A stretch of 36,370 nt of DNA from Spirochaetota bacterium. GTDB lineage: Bacteria; Spirochaetota; UBA4802; UB4802. This document shows positions 8,553-17,030 of the stretch, piece by piece. A model generated the notes under the pieces. That model saw only the letters and a list, made by a program, of their open reading frames with translations, did not search any database and had not been told where the DNA came from. Each line of letters opens with the position of its first letter. Positions within the stretch are counted from its first letter, which is position 1. Both the position numbers and the translations under genes were made by a program. Where the stretch lies: NCBI GenBank assembly GCA_018399855.1, contig JAGYNX010000002.1, forward strand, positions 1 through 36,370, in the 5' to 3' direction.

Positions 8553-9254
8553 TTATTTATCAAGCTGCAGGAGTTCATTGATGTGCTGCCTGATCTCTAT
8601 TGAATCAGGCATCAGGGATAGGGCTTTTTTCATGTATTTTTTCGCAAAATCAGGCTGTCCTTTTACCATGTACACGTAACCCAGGGTATCGCAGTACGCT
8701 GGATTGTCAGGGTTCGCGTCAAAAGCTTTTTTCGCGTATTTCAGGGCCTTTGAATGATTCCCTTTTTCCATTCTTGCAAGCACATACGCCAGGGAATTGC
8801 ATGCGTTACTATTTTCGCTGTCTATTTCAATAATAACTTCAAATACATCAGCCGCTTCGGATAATTTTCCTTCCTGTTCAAGAAGGTATCCCTTCATATT
8901 CAGTAATGTGGTATCGGCTGCTGATAAACTCAATGATTCGTCAATTACTTTATGTGCTTCATCATGCGACTTCAGCACAATGAGGGAATATGCCAGCAAA
9001 CGGTTTACCGTCAGTATATCTACAAATGCCGTGGGCAATGCCTTGACCTTCCTGAGATAATCCACTGCCCTGCCGTAGTCTTCCATCCGTGAAAAGGTGA
9101 CCCCGAGATTATACAGTATTTCCGGATTTTCCCTGTCGAGTTCCTCTGCCTTAAGAAGTTTTTCAAGGGCATGCCCGTATTTTTTCCGGTCAAGCAATCC
9201 AAGAGCCTGGTTGAGAAATGTGCGTATCTTCTGATTCAAGCTTATTTCAGCCAT
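8553..9254 (-). CDS. tetratricopeptide (TPR) repeat protein
   Basis: 233 aa with repeated 34-aa units (..A...L.KA.ELDP.N....YNLG......Y..A). It overlaps the surE stop by 13 nt, suggesting an operon. Confidence 0.8.
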   Translation of the reverse strand: MAEISLNQKIRTFLNQALGLLDRKKYGHALEKLLKAEELDRENPEILYNLGVTFSRMEDYGRAVDYLRKVKALPTAFVDILTVNRLLAYSLIVLKSHDEAHKVIDESLSLSAADTTLLNMKGYLLEQEGKLSEAADVFEVIIEIDSENSNACNSLAYVLARMEKGNHSKALKYAKKAFDANPDNPAYCDTLGYVYMVKGQPDFAKKYMKKALSLMPDSIEIRQHINELLQLDK

Positions 9255-9994
9255 TGTTTTGCCCTGTGTCGAATATGTTCAAGATATGTATAATCTGTGC
9301 TGTCAAGGGTTAAGGGTGTTATGGATATATATCCATTTCGTAATTCTGTCACATCACTTCCCTCAATTTCATGGGAATTGATGATGCCGTCCATCACCAT
9401 GCTGAAATCACCTTCCTCGTTCCCATCTCGACGATATGAATCACGGTATTCCCGTCTTCCAAGGGTTGTATACTGCACCCCGGCGATTTCATCGACAGGA
9501 AGATCAGGATAGTTAATGTTTAAAAGCAATGGACGTTCATGGGAAAACAATGGAAAATCGCCTATAAAGTCCTTGAGAAAACCCGCCGCATCTTCAAAAT
9601 AATCAGATGACCCCAGTGAATCAACTGATATGGCTATACCGCTCACCCCGAATATATAGGCACTCCTGGCACCGGCAACCGTTCCTGAAAAGTACACGTC
9701 TTCTCCCAGGTTTGGGCCATGATTGATACCGGATATGACCAGATCTATTCCCGGTATCAATTCACCGTTCAGCCCTATGTTCACACAATCGGCGGTATAT
9801 CCATCCACGGCATACACACCATCCCCTTTCTTTTTCACTGGAATTTCCCTTTTTATGGTAATCGCGTTTGAACATGCGCTTTTCTCATCCATTGGAGCTA
9901 CCATAAACACTGAATGTTTCTCAGCTAAAATCCTGTAAAGAGCGGTAATACCCGCAGCGTCAATTCCATCATCATTTGTCAGTAATATATTCAT
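9242..9994 (-). CDS. surE: 5'/3'-nucleotidase SurE
   Basis: MNILLTNDDGIDAAGI at the N-terminus and SGINHGPNLG. The ATG at 9994 is preceded by AGGAAGG. The ORF-track start at 10030 would sit inside the likely promoter. Confidence 0.9.
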   Translation of the reverse strand: MNILLTNDDGIDAAGITALYRILAEKHSVFMVAPMDEKSACSNAITIKREIPVKKKGDGVYAVDGYTADCVNIGLNGELIPGIDLVISGINHGPNLGEDVYFSGTVAGARSAYIFGVSGIAISVDSLGSSDYFEDAAGFLKDFIGDFPLFSHERPLLLNINYPDLPVDEIAGVQYTTLGRREYRDSYRRDGNEEGDFSMVMDGIINSHEIEGSDVTELRNGYISITPLTLDSTDYTYLEHIRHRAKQWLK

Positions 9995-10076
9995 TTGACC
10001 TTCCTGTTTGATGGTGTATCTAAGCACCATATATCAGTGCTGTCAAGTCTCCTTTTCTTAATGAAATTGACGGATT

Positions 10077-10160
10077 ACCACAGAGGCGCAGAGGGACAGA
10101 GGAAGTATGTGAAAGGATTAACGCAAAGGCGCTAAGATTGGGAAGGCGCAAAGGGAAAAG
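10077..10160 (+). repeat. REP-like purine-rich intergenic element, copy B (60-nt core 10077-10136 plus partial extra unit)
   Basis: ACCACAGAGGCGCAGAGGGACAGAGGAAGTATGTGAAAGGATTAACGCAAAGGCGCTAAG, followed by attGGGAAGGCGCAAAGGGAAAAG, which repeats the CGCAAAGG unit. Confidence 0.85.
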
Positions 10161-10183
10161 ATACTATGTTTGTATAAAAAAAG

Positions 10184-10212
10184 TTGACAGAACCGGTGTT
10201 GTTTAGTATAAT
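10184..10212 (+). promoter_or_regulatory. consensus sigma-70-type promoter
   Basis: TTGACA (10184-10189), a 17-nt spacer, then TATAAT (10207-10212). It lies about 70 nt upstream of the FmdB-type gene. Confidence 0.6.
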
Positions 10213-10281
10213 CTAAAGTATTAATATTGCAAAGAAAAATGTATATCTTATACATATGAATAAATCAACGGGGTAGTTATA

Positions 10282-10473
10282 ATGCCTGTATACGAATTCA
10301 AGTGTTCGCAGTGTGGTCATGTCTTCAGTGAACTGAGGAAGATGGGTGATTTTTCCAGTGGGAAATGCCCGGGCTGCGGCAGTGAAGTGACAGAAAAAGT
10401 ATTCTCACTCTTTGCTTCTTCCGGCTCTGATAAAGGGGGCGGAAATTGTGTTCCCTCGGCGGGCGGTGGATGA
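10282..10473 (+). CDS. FmdB/CxxC_CxxC_SSSS family zinc-ribbon protein
   Basis: 63 aa. MPVYEFKCSQCGHVFSEL...GKCPGCGS has the family-typical N-terminus and two CxxC pairs. Confidence 0.85.
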   Translation: MPVYEFKCSQCGHVFSELRKMGDFSSGKCPGCGSEVTEKVFSLFASSGSDKGGGNCVPSAGGG

Positions 10474-10534
10474 GGCATCTAAATACGGGAGCCGGTTCGG
10501 CTTCCCCGTCCGCAAATAATACGTATCTTTAACT

Positions 10535-10565
10535 GGTACTCATACATTCGAATTGTATGAGTACC
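10535..10565. terminator. 12-bp hairpin between convergent genes (possible terminator, no clear U-tract)
   Basis: GGTACTCATACA-ttcgaat-TGTATGAGTACC. A second bulged hairpin, GGGAGCCG-gtt-CGGCTTCCC, lies at about 10487-10508. Confidence 0.4.
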
Positions 10566-10571
10566 ATTGGT

Positions 10572-11354
10572 TTATGTATCATCCCTTTCAGTGCCGATTG
10601 AACCAAGGCGCTCTTTCACCGCGTCAAGGTATTGTCCTGTTATATCGGAGAATCCAGTCCTGTCAAGAACCCTGAAGGCATGTTCTGTCAGTCCCCCGGG
10701 GGTGGCAAACTGGTCTGTGCCTGTCTTCTGCCCCCGGGCAACCTGTTCCAGGTACAGCGAAAGGGTGCTTCGAATAATTTTCGCCGGATACTCTACGGGA
10801 ATATTATTACCACACCATCGTTGAATGGATTCCATGAGATAATAGGTAAACCCGGCAAGGGGGGTAACCCCTGTAAACTTTTCAAATTCTTCTTCACTCT
10901 TAACAGGGATCACTTCCCCCATGGTGCTGCATATAGTTCGTGCGGGTTCTTCATCCGGAAACAGCATGGTAGGACTTTCTCCAAGTGACGCCGAGGGAAA
11001 TGGCAGCACCCTGAAAATACGCTGACACTTGAATGCCTCTCTCAGGCTACCCGTGTCCACCCCAACCAGGAATGAAAGCATGGGAAGTGATCGGGGCCAG
11101 TTTACCTCTTTTGCCAGTTCACGATAATTCCCGGGTGGAACCGCAAGTATTGCAACATCACAGACCTCCAGCACCTCCTGGTTTGATCGCCCGCGCCTGC
11201 AACGGGGATACCGTGCATCCAGGTCTGTAGACCGTTCCCTGCTTCTTGGCGACATTATCACACTGAATTCATCTCCTGCTGCCATCATACCCTCGATAAC
11301 AGCCCCGGCCAGGTGGCCTGTTCCTATTACTCCAATTGTTACTCTTTTCTTCAT
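10572..11354 (-). CDS. proC: pyrroline-5-carboxylate reductase-like NAD(P)-dependent oxidoreductase
   Basis: 260 aa. The N-terminal Rossmann motif is IGVIGTGHLAGAV. The C-terminal ATPGGLTEHAFRVLDRTGF resembles the P5CR SPGGTT motif. Confidence 0.65.
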   Translation of the reverse strand: MKKRVTIGVIGTGHLAGAVIEGMMAAGDEFSVIMSPRSRERSTDLDARYPRCRRGRSNQEVLEVCDVAILAVPPGNYRELAKEVNWPRSLPMLSFLVGVDTGSLREAFKCQRIFRVLPFPSASLGESPTMLFPDEEPARTICSTMGEVIPVKSEEEFEKFTGVTPLAGFTYYLMESIQRWCGNNIPVEYPAKIIRSTLSLYLEQVARGQKTGTDQFATPGGLTEHAFRVLDRTGFSDITGQYLDAVKERLGSIGTERDDT

Positions 11355-11473
11355 ATGTGCTCCGGTTACATTTTTCTTGACTTTACATCTTACTATCGTA
11401 CACTTACAATACTTATAATTACCATCTTTAGAGTGATTATGACCATACTCTCAAAAGCAAGGAGAATAACACA

Positions 11474-12142
11474 ATGAGAAAAGGATTTCAACTCACGGCA
11501 CTGATACTGGCTGTTATATTATTTAACGTGGCATTACCCGCACAGGAAGCCGCCGAAGAAGAAACCCCCGAGAAGCAGTTTAACACCCTCTATGATACTG
11601 AAGCAGTTATCAACAGGCTCAGTTATGAAAACTTTAAGAATATTAAGCTTCTCAGAACCGCAATATTTAACTATGGCAAAGGTGAGTCACAGTTTGAAGA
11701 GCTGGTAAATGATTATGCCAGGGCAAGCGCGTTGTATTACAGGAAAGAATATATAAAGTCCGCCAACCTGTTTACCCAGAACGAAAAAAACATTCATGTT
11801 GCGGCCACAGAACTGGCAAAACAGTACAAGGAGACATCCGAGAAGCTTCATATTGATGTGATTAAAATGGGTGTCAAGCATCAGCTGAAATCCTCAATTG
11901 AAGAGCAGAAGCCCAATGCAACCGTGGAGGCGCTAATCAGCAACGCCAGCTATGCCATTCAGATGGCAAATGATTTTCTTGAGCGATCAAAACCCATTGA
12001 AGCTATTTTCTACTTTCGCCGGGCCAAGGAAAACTGTTTCAAGGTGTATGAGATTCTAAAGATAGAAATTCCGGATACGTATGAGAAAGACAAGGTTGAC
12101 CTGCAAAATAAAGTCTATGTTGAAAAAGAAAAGAAGAACTAA
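11474..12142 (+). CDS. secreted alpha-helical protein, unknown function
   Basis: 222 aa. The signal peptide is MRKGFQLTALILAVILFNVALPAQE. AAGGAG lies 8 nt upstream of the ATG. Confidence 0.6.
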   Translation: MRKGFQLTALILAVILFNVALPAQEAAEEETPEKQFNTLYDTEAVINRLSYENFKNIKLLRTAIFNYGKGESQFEELVNDYARASALYYRKEYIKSANLFTQNEKNIHVAATELAKQYKETSEKLHIDVIKMGVKHQLKSSIEEQKPNATVEALISNASYAIQMANDFLERSKPIEAIFYFRRAKENCFKVYEILKIEIPDTYEKDKVDLQNKVYVEKEKKN

Positions 12143-12162
12143 AAGTACAAACTGCAGTTTGC

Positions 12163-13026
12163 CTATAATAATTCCCTGGCATCCTGCAGAACCTGGTTCT
12201 TTTTAAGCACCCTCAGGGCCATCACCCGCACCGTGCGGTTACGATGGCCCAGCAGTTCAACCACCCTCTCCCGTGTCTTTTCATCAAGCCGGTATGACAT
12301 CAAGGCTTTCAGAACCACTGCCAGCAATGTGGGTTTTGTCCCGGCTTCCTTATCAAGTTTTTCAACCAGGGCAGTATAGATACGATCATCGATGATGCTC
12401 AGGTTCTTTATGGCTGCTATCTGTACACTCATGCTTGAATCGTTCAACGTATCTACTATGGCGGGAAGGCATACATACCTTGTACCGTAATCTTCTACCG
12501 CCAGCAAACCGACGATGGAAGCTTCACGTATCAACCAGTCATAACTCTCAAGGCCTTCAATGTAAATTGTAGCATCCAGTGCGTCCCTGTAGGGGGTTAG
12601 GGCCTTGATGGCATACCACCGTACATTCTCATTACGGTGATTTTTCGCCAGTTCCCTGATTTTATCATGGGCTTTTTCGGATTTTCGTAACGTAAGAGAT
12701 TGTAATGCATGGATGATGACCGCATCATGCCGGTCATCAAGGGCCTTGATGAGAGCCCGTGTTGACTTCCTGGAAGCATGGTCCCCGAGCTTGCGTACAG
12801 CCTGCTCCCTTGTCACCCAGCTTGTACTGTTCATCTGCCGTATTAATTTTTCTACTTCTTTCCTGTCACTTCTTTTTATCACGGAATTTGAACACTGTAT
12901 ACACACAAACCCCGTTAAGATAACAACAAGCAGGCAGGGTAGCGCATCAGTAATCCTTTTTACGTAATAACCTGTCAAACAGACTATCCTCCCGGTCTCT
13001 ACGGATGATCTTGTTTCTCCGATCAT
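12163..13026 (-). CDS. membrane-anchored HEAT-repeat protein
   Basis: It has a TM segment (LPCLLVVILTGFVCI) followed by HEAT-like repeats (..VR..A...L..). The start is uncertain: the ATG at 13026 overlaps the upstream gene by 80 nt, and an in-frame TTG near 12978 has GGGAGG 9 nt upstream. Confidence 0.65.
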   Translation of the reverse strand: MIGETRSSVETGRIVCLTGYYVKRITDALPCLLVVILTGFVCIQCSNSVIKRSDRKEVEKLIRQMNSTSWVTREQAVRKLGDHASRKSTRALIKALDDRHDAVIIHALQSLTLRKSEKAHDKIRELAKNHRNENVRWYAIKALTPYRDALDATIYIEGLESYDWLIREASIVGLLAVEDYGTRYVCLPAIVDTLNDSSMSVQIAAIKNLSIIDDRIYTALVEKLDKEAGTKPTLLAVVLKALMSYRLDEKTRERVVELLGHRNRTVRVMALRVLKKNQVLQDARELL

Positions 13027-13663
13027 CTATAACATAATAGTCAAACCATGAAGACAGGACTTTTGATGGAACAACACGAGGAGAGGTAGGTGCGCTGTTT
13101 TTCTCAACCACTACCTCTTCACGATCTTTCAGCACGTACGATTTAAGAATATTTTCCTTGACGTTCGCTACTTCCACTTCACCTTCAAATACTGCCACCC
13201 GTGTCTCATCTCGTGTGGTTATTACACCAAAATCCGTACCCCGCACACCGGCAATTGCCGTAGGGGTTTTCAGTACCAGTGATCCTTTCTTAAAGGTTTT
13301 TTTCACGATCAACCTGAGTTTACCCGTTAACATGCGAACCTTTGTGGGGGGATCCGTATCCTTCAATTTTAATCCAGCCACGTTGACCACTGATATTTCT
13401 TTTATGAAAAGTTTTGTTCCATCATTCAGAAGAACGGTCACAAAAGACTGCTTCCCTGTTCGTATCTTATCATCGTTATATATCACCGTATTCAGATCGG
13501 GAACAGTTCGTTTCCCTGTTTTCATGGAAGTAACATCAACATTTCCTACCAGTTGCACAACTTTGCCAATAGGTTTGGCATACACACCGGTAGTGATCAG
13601 CAGAATACAGGACATCGCCACCACATTATATTTCAGGTTCATCATACTCCCCCATTTTTTCAT
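12947..13663 (-). CDS. FecR-domain secreted protein
   Basis: 238 aa with a signal peptide. The FecR-type core is VGNVDV...IRTGKQSFVTVLLNDGTKLFI...TPTAIAGVRGTDFGV. Confidence 0.8.
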   Translation of the reverse strand: MKKWGSMMNLKYNVVAMSCILLITTGVYAKPIGKVVQLVGNVDVTSMKTGKRTVPDLNTVIYNDDKIRTGKQSFVTVLLNDGTKLFIKEISVVNVAGLKLKDTDPPTKVRMLTGKLRLIVKKTFKKGSLVLKTPTAIAGVRGTDFGVITTRDETRVAVFEGEVEVANVKENILKSYVLKDREEVVVEKNSAPTSPRVVPSKVLSSWFDYYVIDDRRNKIIRRDREDSLFDRLLRKKDY

Positions 13664-13715
13664 AGTACACTACAGTATACCCGGTATATTTTTTTTCAGG
13701 CAATAAAAATTACCT

Positions 13716-15992
13716 TCATCGCCTGGCATTTACCAGTATGTCATACTGCAGAAAGAATTTCTTAGTACGAAGAATATATCCCCTCGTTTCATCAAAAGGC
13801 AGCAGTGCAGTAAAATAGTCATCGTCGGCATAGGTACGATTCGATTTCCATTTGTTCACATTTCCCGCGCCGGCATTATACCCCGCCACCATCTCCTCGA
13901 AATCATCGTTGAAATACCCCTTCAACCATTTCAGGTAATGGGTACCCATTCGTATAGAGGTACATGGATCCTTGAGTGTATATGATTTCATGTTCAGCTG
14001 TCTCGCGATGTCCCTGGCGGTTAAGGGCATAAGCTGCATAAGCCCCACTGCTCCCGCCGGTGAAACTGCCTGTGGATTATACATTGATTCCGCCTTTATA
14101 ACAGCATAGATCATCTTTCTGTCGATTCCGAATTTTGCTGAAGCTTCATTCACACATTCACTGAAGGCACAGGGCAACAGGGCAGCTACAAGCTTTTCAG
14201 GAAGAACCGAGATATCCTCGTCGATGTCATAAATCTTTAAAAGATTGAGCAGGCCACCAGCCGCAACAGAATAGTGATTGTATTCATTCCCGTAATGAAA
14301 TGCCATCAGTGCCCTGTCGTGGGCCACCTCTTCTGTACCGGGAAGAATACCCAGTTCCCGGCGAATTCCATCCAGGTATCCAACCCTGAAAAAATGTTTC
14401 AATGACTGTATATGGTTTGCCGCAGCTGAACGCGTATCCTTTTTCGATAGTGCGTCTACCATACGCTGATAGGTCTTAATCCATGACACAGATTTCATGA
14501 CTTTCAGCCGCTGGCCACGGCTTTCGAAATTTTTCTCAATGAAAAAAAGCATCAGGTGGGCATGCCGTCCCCCAACACTGTCGTTTTTTTTCACTGCCGT
14601 ATTAAAATCTTTCTTAAGCTGGCCGGTATCTTTTCGGCCTGCACACTTCTCCATGTACAGCCAGGTATAGGATGATCCCGGATGCATGGCCAGCAATTCC
14701 TTTTCCATCTGCAGGGCTTCAACTTTCCTGTCATTTTTTCTGTACAGCTTTTCCAGCCAGTACCGAGCCCTGTCGGCATCTTTCCCGTCGGGAAACAACC
14801 GTAGTGACAGTTCAAGGTATGCCATCACCTTCTTCTCATTACCGTCGGCAAGAGAATCACGGGCAAGAAACCAGAGCAGAACTTCAGAGTAACGGTCATC
14901 CGGATAATCCTGTACATGCATGGTACAATACTTTCTGAAGTCAGCGTTCTTTCGCTCTTCAAGGTACACGGCAATTCGCCTCAGGGCTCGTTTTCTGGAC
15001 TCATGGGTACCCTTGAGAACTGACTTGTACACTTTCACCGCCCCATACCTGCTGCCCTTGCGCCATAGTTCATCTGCCATGGTTATCCGGAGACTGGTAT
15101 ACAGTACGCTGTCAGCTTTACGGGCATGCATCAGCTTCTCCGCCGCATCCCTTTTTCCCCCGCGAACAAGCGCCCTGATTGCGTATCTCAACGCCACCTC
15201 ACCACCCTGGTTGGCAAGAAGAGAGGCAGCTCTTGTATATTTACCCCCGTAATACAGGGCCCTTCCAAGTTTCACCTGCTGCGGGGTTGTCAACGTCACA
15301 CCCTGTTTTCCCATCAACTCTTCAATTCTTTTGGCCGCGATTACCGATTGCCAGGTTGACACGTCTATATCAAGCACCCGCAGGTACCACTTCATCGCTT
15401 CTGAGAAATCATCAGTATTTTCCTTCACCGAGCCAAGACGGATCCGAATAATCTGCAACGAGGAGTTATCACTGTAGTCATTTTCAATTGCCAGCAGGGT
15501 CTTTTCACTGTCACCAAATTTTTTCATTCTCCCCTGTGCCCGGGCCTTCAGTATGCAGGCATCCCTGTATCGGGCAGTATCGTCCGCGTCAAGCAGGTCA
15601 ACGAATTTGACCACGTAGTTATCTTCGTTGTAGAGGTAGAATAACCGCGCCACCTGGTATAGGGATTCATCATACAATGGAGACTTGAAGTGAAACCCGG
15701 TAACGAAACTGTATACCGGCTGGGCATAGAGGGTCAGATCCATGTTACGATGGGTTGAAAAGCAACTGTTGGCAAAATGAAGCATGGCTTTTTTGTAGTC
15801 TTTCCTGTCATTATACGCCTGCCCAAGCAGAAAATGCTCACCCCACGAAAGATCTTTTTTCCCGGACAGCTCTTTGATAACATCTTTACTGCTTCCGTAA
15901 AAACCCAGGGTAGAAAGGTCATTTGTGCTGCCATCCTGCTGGGCACATGAAAGCATGATGATGGTAATAAGCAGAATTACTGTTTTTTTCAT
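13716..15992 (-). CDS. Slt70-like soluble lytic murein transglycosylase lipoprotein
   Basis: 758 aa with lipobox LLITIIMLSC and a long superhelical N-terminal region. The C-terminal SLT domain has AVIKAESMYNPQAVSPAGAVGLMQLMP and AGYNAGAGNV. Confidence 0.85.
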   Translation of the reverse strand: MKKTVILLITIIMLSCAQQDGSTNDLSTLGFYGSSKDVIKELSGKKDLSWGEHFLLGQAYNDRKDYKKAMLHFANSCFSTHRNMDLTLYAQPVYSFVTGFHFKSPLYDESLYQVARLFYLYNEDNYVVKFVDLLDADDTARYRDACILKARAQGRMKKFGDSEKTLLAIENDYSDNSSLQIIRIRLGSVKENTDDFSEAMKWYLRVLDIDVSTWQSVIAAKRIEELMGKQGVTLTTPQQVKLGRALYYGGKYTRAASLLANQGGEVALRYAIRALVRGGKRDAAEKLMHARKADSVLYTSLRITMADELWRKGSRYGAVKVYKSVLKGTHESRKRALRRIAVYLEERKNADFRKYCTMHVQDYPDDRYSEVLLWFLARDSLADGNEKKVMAYLELSLRLFPDGKDADRARYWLEKLYRKNDRKVEALQMEKELLAMHPGSSYTWLYMEKCAGRKDTGQLKKDFNTAVKKNDSVGGRHAHLMLFFIEKNFESRGQRLKVMKSVSWIKTYQRMVDALSKKDTRSAAANHIQSLKHFFRVGYLDGIRRELGILPGTEEVAHDRALMAFHYGNEYNHYSVAAGGLLNLLKIYDIDEDISVLPEKLVAALLPCAFSECVNEASAKFGIDRKMIYAVIKAESMYNPQAVSPAGAVGLMQLMPLTARDIARQLNMKSYTLKDPCTSIRMGTHYLKWLKGYFNDDFEEMVAGYNAGAGNVNKWKSNRTYADDDYFTALLPFDETRGYILRTKKFFLQYDILVNARR

Positions 15993-16010
15993 TTCATACC
16001 TGTATAGTAT

Positions 16011-16916
16011 TTAGAAGTATTCTTTATATTCCGGGAGTTCCTGCAGTTGCGGATTGTCCCAGATCCGGTCATAAAATGACTGTTCATTCCGCAACCGGTA
16101 ATAATTGTCGTAATGTATAGTGAGAAATCGTTCTTTTTTTTCTTCAGGGGCCAGCCTCTTGATGTGGGCAACCACGGTATCGAAAGTAAGTGGTTTCATT
16201 TGCAGCTGCTCACCTATCGTGGCAGACCCGTAAATATAGGCGATGAAGGCATATCTCTTACCATGCTTCGCTTTTTTTATGGCCCGCACATATTTATACA
16301 ACCGCATTGAGAAAAGGGTATCCCGGTAATGATCTGCCATTATCATCTGTGTCTCAGCAACCTTTTTATCCCTGTATCCCAGGTGCAGGTAATGCCTGGG
16401 CTTTACCGCGTCTGAACCGGCAATAAGTCCTGCAAAACCGTTTAGCAGTGACATGGTATCCTCAAGGTCCCTCTTGAGCACACTGCGATACAGCTGGATA
16501 AGCAGTTCCTGCGATTTGCGTATCTCCCTGTACGACTCACCGAACCTGAATTTCATATAAAGAAACTGGGCAAGTATATCATGCTGAATGGCTTTCTTGA
16601 AAATATCCCGTTCCTGTTCGGTTCCGAAATTTGAAACAGTTGAGTCAATGAAATAAAAGAAATACTTGTTGTCTTTCAATCCCTTTTCGGCTTTTCGCTG
16701 CTCACCGGCGCTTAAGCTGCTCTTAGTTCTTTGTGCCCACAGGTTCTGTGTTATACTGCCCGAAATAAACATGACACAAAGAACGAATGCAGTACATGAC
16801 CATTTCCCCATTCCGTGTAACCCCTGTATCGGTATCCAAATCCCGTTGCGGCCCTTACCGCCATATACTGATTCGGACCGATGTACCTTCATATAGCAAA
16901 TATAGTAATTATACAT
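16011..16916 (-). CDS. signal-anchored alpha-helical protein, unknown function
   Basis: 301 aa with a hydrophobic segment WSCTAFVLCVMFISGSI. The ATG at 16916 has AAGGGGG 6 nt upstream, and an internal ATG at 16811 is also possible. The gene ends 18 nt before the Slt start. Confidence 0.6.
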   Translation of the reverse strand: MYNYYICYMKVHRSESVYGGKGRNGIWIPIQGLHGMGKWSCTAFVLCVMFISGSITQNLWAQRTKSSLSAGEQRKAEKGLKDNKYFFYFIDSTVSNFGTEQERDIFKKAIQHDILAQFLYMKFRFGESYREIRKSQELLIQLYRSVLKRDLEDTMSLLNGFAGLIAGSDAVKPRHYLHLGYRDKKVAETQMIMADHYRDTLFSMRLYKYVRAIKKAKHGKRYAFIAYIYGSATIGEQLQMKPLTFDTVVAHIKRLAPEEKKERFLTIHYDNYYRLRNEQSFYDRIWDNPQLQELPEYKEYF

Positions 16917-16962
16917 CAGATACCCCCTTCGGTTTCAAGTAGAAAATGAAACCGGGCTTTGC

Positions 16963-16991
16963 TTGACACCCGTAACCGTAGTATTTATACT
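16963..16991 (+). promoter_or_regulatory. sigma-70-type promoter for the LEA_2 lipoprotein gene
   Basis: TTGACA (16963-16968), a 17-nt spacer, then TATACT (16986-16991). It lies about 40 nt upstream of the ATG. Confidence 0.45.
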
Positions 16992-17030
16992 TTTCATACT
17001 TAATACAAGGGTACGTTCGCCCGGGGGGAC

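Noticed and set aside
13158-13706. Long ORFs antisense to well-supported genes. Examples are 13158-13706 (182 aa), 4667-5164 (165 aa), 27931-28440 (169 aa), 2287-2763 (158 aa) and 10632-10988 (118 aa).
   Set aside because: Each lies entirely inside, and opposite to, a gene with clear family motifs. Their translations are low-complexity and S/F/L/P/R-rich, without SD sequences or recognisable motifs. They are typical shadow ORFs.
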